Origin: Zygnema circumcarinatum SAG 698-1b
Taxonomy: Eukaryota > Plantae > Zygnematophyceae
Direction of reading: 5' to 3'
Assembly: GCA_037447605.1 (NCBI GenBank)
Contig: CM074813.1
Span: 124,001-188,000, forward strand
Length of the DNA: 64,000 bases
Shown piece after piece: positions 60,874 to 64,000 of the stretch. Numbering within the stretch: the stretch's first letter is position 1; every line of letters begins with the position of its first letter. The position numbers were made by a program, and so were the translations under genes. The notes below the pieces were generated by a model that was not told the DNA's origin, searched no databases, and was given only the letters and a program-made list of their open reading frames with translations.

Positions 60874-62810
60874 TCTGAGAGCAGGGCGGGCCGGGGGGGG
60901 CGCAGGTGTACCTGCTGCGTCACGGGGAAACGGAATGGGCGGTGGCAGGGCGCCACACGGGTCAGTGGGAGGGGAGGCCCTCAACCCTGGGGAACCCTAA
61001 AACCCTCTTTCTCTAAACTGTAAGGATGCTCTGAAAAAAATGTGGAACTTTTCAACATGAAGAAATCAGCCAACTGAAAGGATTACTGCATACCCTTAAA
61101 TCCGTCAGCAACTACTAGAAGGCTCGAGTCCCCAAATGCCCAATGTGCCATTCCTAATCCCGCCTCCTCCTCCTTCCGTTTCGTAAAACATTGAATGTAG
61201 TGATGCTTGTACAGCGCTATAGACGTATCTAGTTCTGAAAATCCGAACTCGCTTGAAAAGAAAAGGAGGGCGATCATCCTTCTTTTCCTTTCATCTCGAG
61301 GGTTTGCCTGCAATTCAGAAACCCCTCTTGTAATCATCGCCCCGTTCCGTTGTTCCATGTGATGTCAACTGCCACTCCCTGTGCAGGCCGTACGGACATC
61401 CCTCTCACAGAGAACGGGCGACAGCAAGCGATGGAAGCGGCACGACATTTCTCCGTCACGTCACGCGTTGTGCGAACGGACCGCATTGCGCGCGTTATCA
61501 TATCCCCTCTTCAGCGAGCCCGCCAGGTGCCTGCTCGCTCGCGCACATATTCAAATTGTGGAACACTAACTTGTTTAGAGCCTGCGGGTACGCTAGCAAC
61601 TGATGATGTGCGGCTCGCTGTTGATATTCAGGTCGTTCTGTTGGGCTCTAGAAGTCTGGGGTGATGAAACTCATCACGAGGCGTAATACAACCAATGCAT
61701 AACCTGCAAAAAATGAACATCTATGAGCAAGTCCCAAGCGCATGAACTAACCAAACGAAGCGCCGTTCATCGTCTTTGACTATGCGTGACTGCGTTGTGC
61801 TCTCAGACGTGGGAGGGCCTCCGCGAAGCGCACAACCGCACCTGTCGGGACGAGCCGGGGGGTGTGCCCCTACTGCTGGAAGCTGAGGAAGATCCAGACC
61901 TTCAGGTCTCCTGTCGGAGAAATCCCTCAGCTTTTTAAGTTCGCTATCAGGGTGTTTATTTTAAACTCTGTACCGTCGTTCAAGCTTGTTAGGACTTGTG
62001 GGAGGGCTTTGGACTTCAGGCCTTGTAGGACGTTTAGAGCTTCTGGCCTGGGTTATAGTAGTGGAATGCTTTCCTGCTTGAAGTGTACCGGAGCTTTACG
62101 CTTTCCTGTTTTTTTTAAGTTTCCGGTTTTAAGAAGAAACAGTAGCGTCTCCCATTTTCACTGACAAGTGCTTCTTTCTGGCATCCAGGAATGGGACTAC
62201 GGTGCATATGAAGGCATGACGACAACGGAAATCCGTAAAGCGGCCCCCGGCTGGACGGTGTTCACCCATGGCTGCCCGGAGGGCGAATCGCCGGAGGATG
62301 TCGGCCGCCGGTGAGGCAGGCGCCACGTGTCATCTTTCCGCATGCTGGCTGTGGTGAAGTTGGGGGCGTGAAATCGCCATCTGACTGAAAGTGGAAGAAA
62401 TGTACAACTCCCGCCAATGCGGAACAGCAATGAACGCATTCCGAATACCGTAGATACCGTCTTGGCCACTTTTTCTTTTTCTTGTTTATTGTGCCTGACC
62501 TTGACCGACCTTGACCCGTGCGTGCTTGAGCGACCCCAGATGTGACCGAGTGATCGCGAAGCTGCGCGCGTGTGGCGGGCGCGGCCACGTGGAGGGCGAG
62601 GAGTGCGTCCACGTGGACGCGAAGGAGTGCTTCGCTGACGTGGCCGTGGTCGCGCATGGGCACCTCCTCCGCGCGCTGGCCGCGCGGTGGCTCGAACTCG
62701 CGCCCTCCGCGGGGCGACTCCTCGCGCTGGACACGGCCACGCTCTGCGTCCTCGGCTACGACCACGACCGGGCCGAGCCCGTCATCAGGGGCTGGAACGC
62801 GCTGCCGTAG
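60701..62810 (+). CDS. Histidine phosphatase superfamily protein (SHB17 sedoheptulose-1,7-bisphosphatase / actinobacterial acid phosphatase type)
   Basis: Exons: MACK...RLPQ|VYLLRHGETEWAVAGRHTG|RTDIPLT...SPLQRARQ|T...DPDLQ|EWDYGAYEG...GCPEGES...|...VVAHGHLLRALAARWL...LDTATLCVLGYDH...IRGWNALP*. RHG and HG catalytic motifs are intact and exon phases are consistent. Confidence 0.88.
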
Positions 62811-64000
62811 AGGGAGGCGAGGGAGGGACGGGAGGAGAGGGAGGGACCGCGGGAGGGAGGGAGGTGGGGCGGGAGGAGGGGCGGGAGGNNNNNNNNNNAG
62901 GAGAGAGGGGCGGGGGGGGGGAAGGGAGGGAGGGGGGGTCGGGAGGGAGCGAGGGAAGGGCGGGAGGGGGGGAAGGGAGGGAGGGACGGGGGGGCGGGAA
63001 GGCGCGAGGGAGGGCCGGGAGGGGGGGAAGGGAGGGAGAGAGTGGGAACGAATGGAGGGACGGGGGGGCGGGAAGGAGCGAGGGAGGGGTGGAAATGGGT
63101 GGGGGGAGATGGGGGAGGGAGGGGGAAGCGGGAAGGAAAGAGGGAGGGGCGGGAGGGAGGGAGGAGGGCGGGAGGAAGTGCAGAAAGGGCTGATGGATGG
63201 AGGGATGGTTGGGTGGATGATGTTTCATTTTCTAGGACGTCTTTTATGTGAAGATGTCGTTCTTTGTCAACAAGGACCTTTTCAAATCTTCATTGCCTTT
63301 GTTATTTTTAAAGACACGACTTTGAGAGGTTGCAAACTGTTTGAAGCTCTTTCAACATCATTATCATTACTCCCAAAAATGGGAATCCTGCCGCCAAAAT
63401 TGAAATTCTACAAACCACAGGAAAGTTGCGCAACTTTGTTGGAAAAGTTCGACAGAAGGAAGCTCTCTTATCGTTAAGAATATTATAAACATACAGTGCA
63501 TAAAGAATTTAAAGAATACAAGATTCCTAAATTTCCGCTACCTTAACAGCTCGCTTGGCTAACCGTTACTCATAGATGCCTCAGTCTATCGCTATACACC
63601 GCGTTATCTTTCGGCAGAGGATAAGCTATCTAGATTTTTTTCTAAATAGCTTTCGCTTTATTAGCGTTTTTTTAGAGTCTCAAAAACTGTTTCTCACCCC
63701 CATCTCCGCCCCCTCCGATTCTCTGATTTCTCATTTTTTTTTTTTTCCTATTTCCCGTTTTGCATGCTTGCAATGTCCGTTTCCCAATACATAGTGGTTT
63801 CGTCCAGCAAGCCTGCCGCTTTCCGGGCGGCGATAATTTCCCGCACATAGCTCGAGCTTGACTTCTGCGGTTTGAGACCTGACCCCGCGCACTCCGGCGG
63901 GGCGTAAATGAAGAGGGTTGCCTCCGTACACGCCACCTTGTCCAAAATTCCCTGCGGATTTAGACGAAAACTTTAAGAATGTGAACTTTTCGACCACAGC

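Larger units (their letters stand above)
17954..62898. other. Six N10 scaffold gaps
   Basis: At 17954-63, 28054-63, 30206-15, 40504-13, 44396-405 and 62889-98. All sit inside poly-G/C or simple-repeat tracts, so those tract lengths are unknown. Confidence 0.95.

Noticed and set aside
62572-63477. 301-aa Gly/Arg/Glu-rich ORF
   Set aside because: Alternative frame of the last phosphatase exon plus a purine-rich tract containing an N gap.
63748-63955. Possible terminal exon of a minus-strand gene extending beyond the window
   Set aside because: An acceptor-like ccgcag is present, but more than one frame is open and no homology was recognised.

Overview
Eukaryotic, intron-rich, gene-dense nuclear DNA. 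By inference it comes from a streptophyte green alga: plant-type AP2/ERF, TITAN-LIKE, SF1, COG3 and VPS22 sit alongside several bacterial-type genes. Well-supported genes in order: a full-length BUB1/BubR1-type (MadBub) kinase (+), an intronless DREB-type AP2/ERF factor (+), a GAF/PAS hybrid histidine kinase (-), COG3 (+), TITAN-LIKE/CENATAC (+), an intronless bacterial-like processive GT2 glycosyltransferase (+), a divergent MO25 (-), SF1 (-), a cyanobacterial-SpeA-like arginine decarboxylase with about 12 introns (-), VPS22/SNF8 (+) and an SHB17/actinobacterial-type histidine phosphatase (+). Less well explained: (i) an unrecognised multi-exon gene with tandem CxxG[FY]x[FY]D..C repeats, head-to-head with COG3 and carrying a 10-bp frameshifting duplication; (ii) an SF1 stop codon lying inside a strong splice donor, with a chain of exon-like blocks downstream; (iii) a 130-codon ORF and further uORFs upstream of ADC; (iv) two copies of a 200-bp MITE with 23-bp TIRs, one apparently nested in an older element; (v) an intronic (TTTTTAGGG)n telomere-like array; (vi) dense G-box clusters and a 27-copy G-rich heptamer upstream of the kinase. 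No tRNA, rRNA or CRISPR was found. Exon boundaries were inferred by eye from GT/AG signals and protein similarity recalled from memory. No database search was run.
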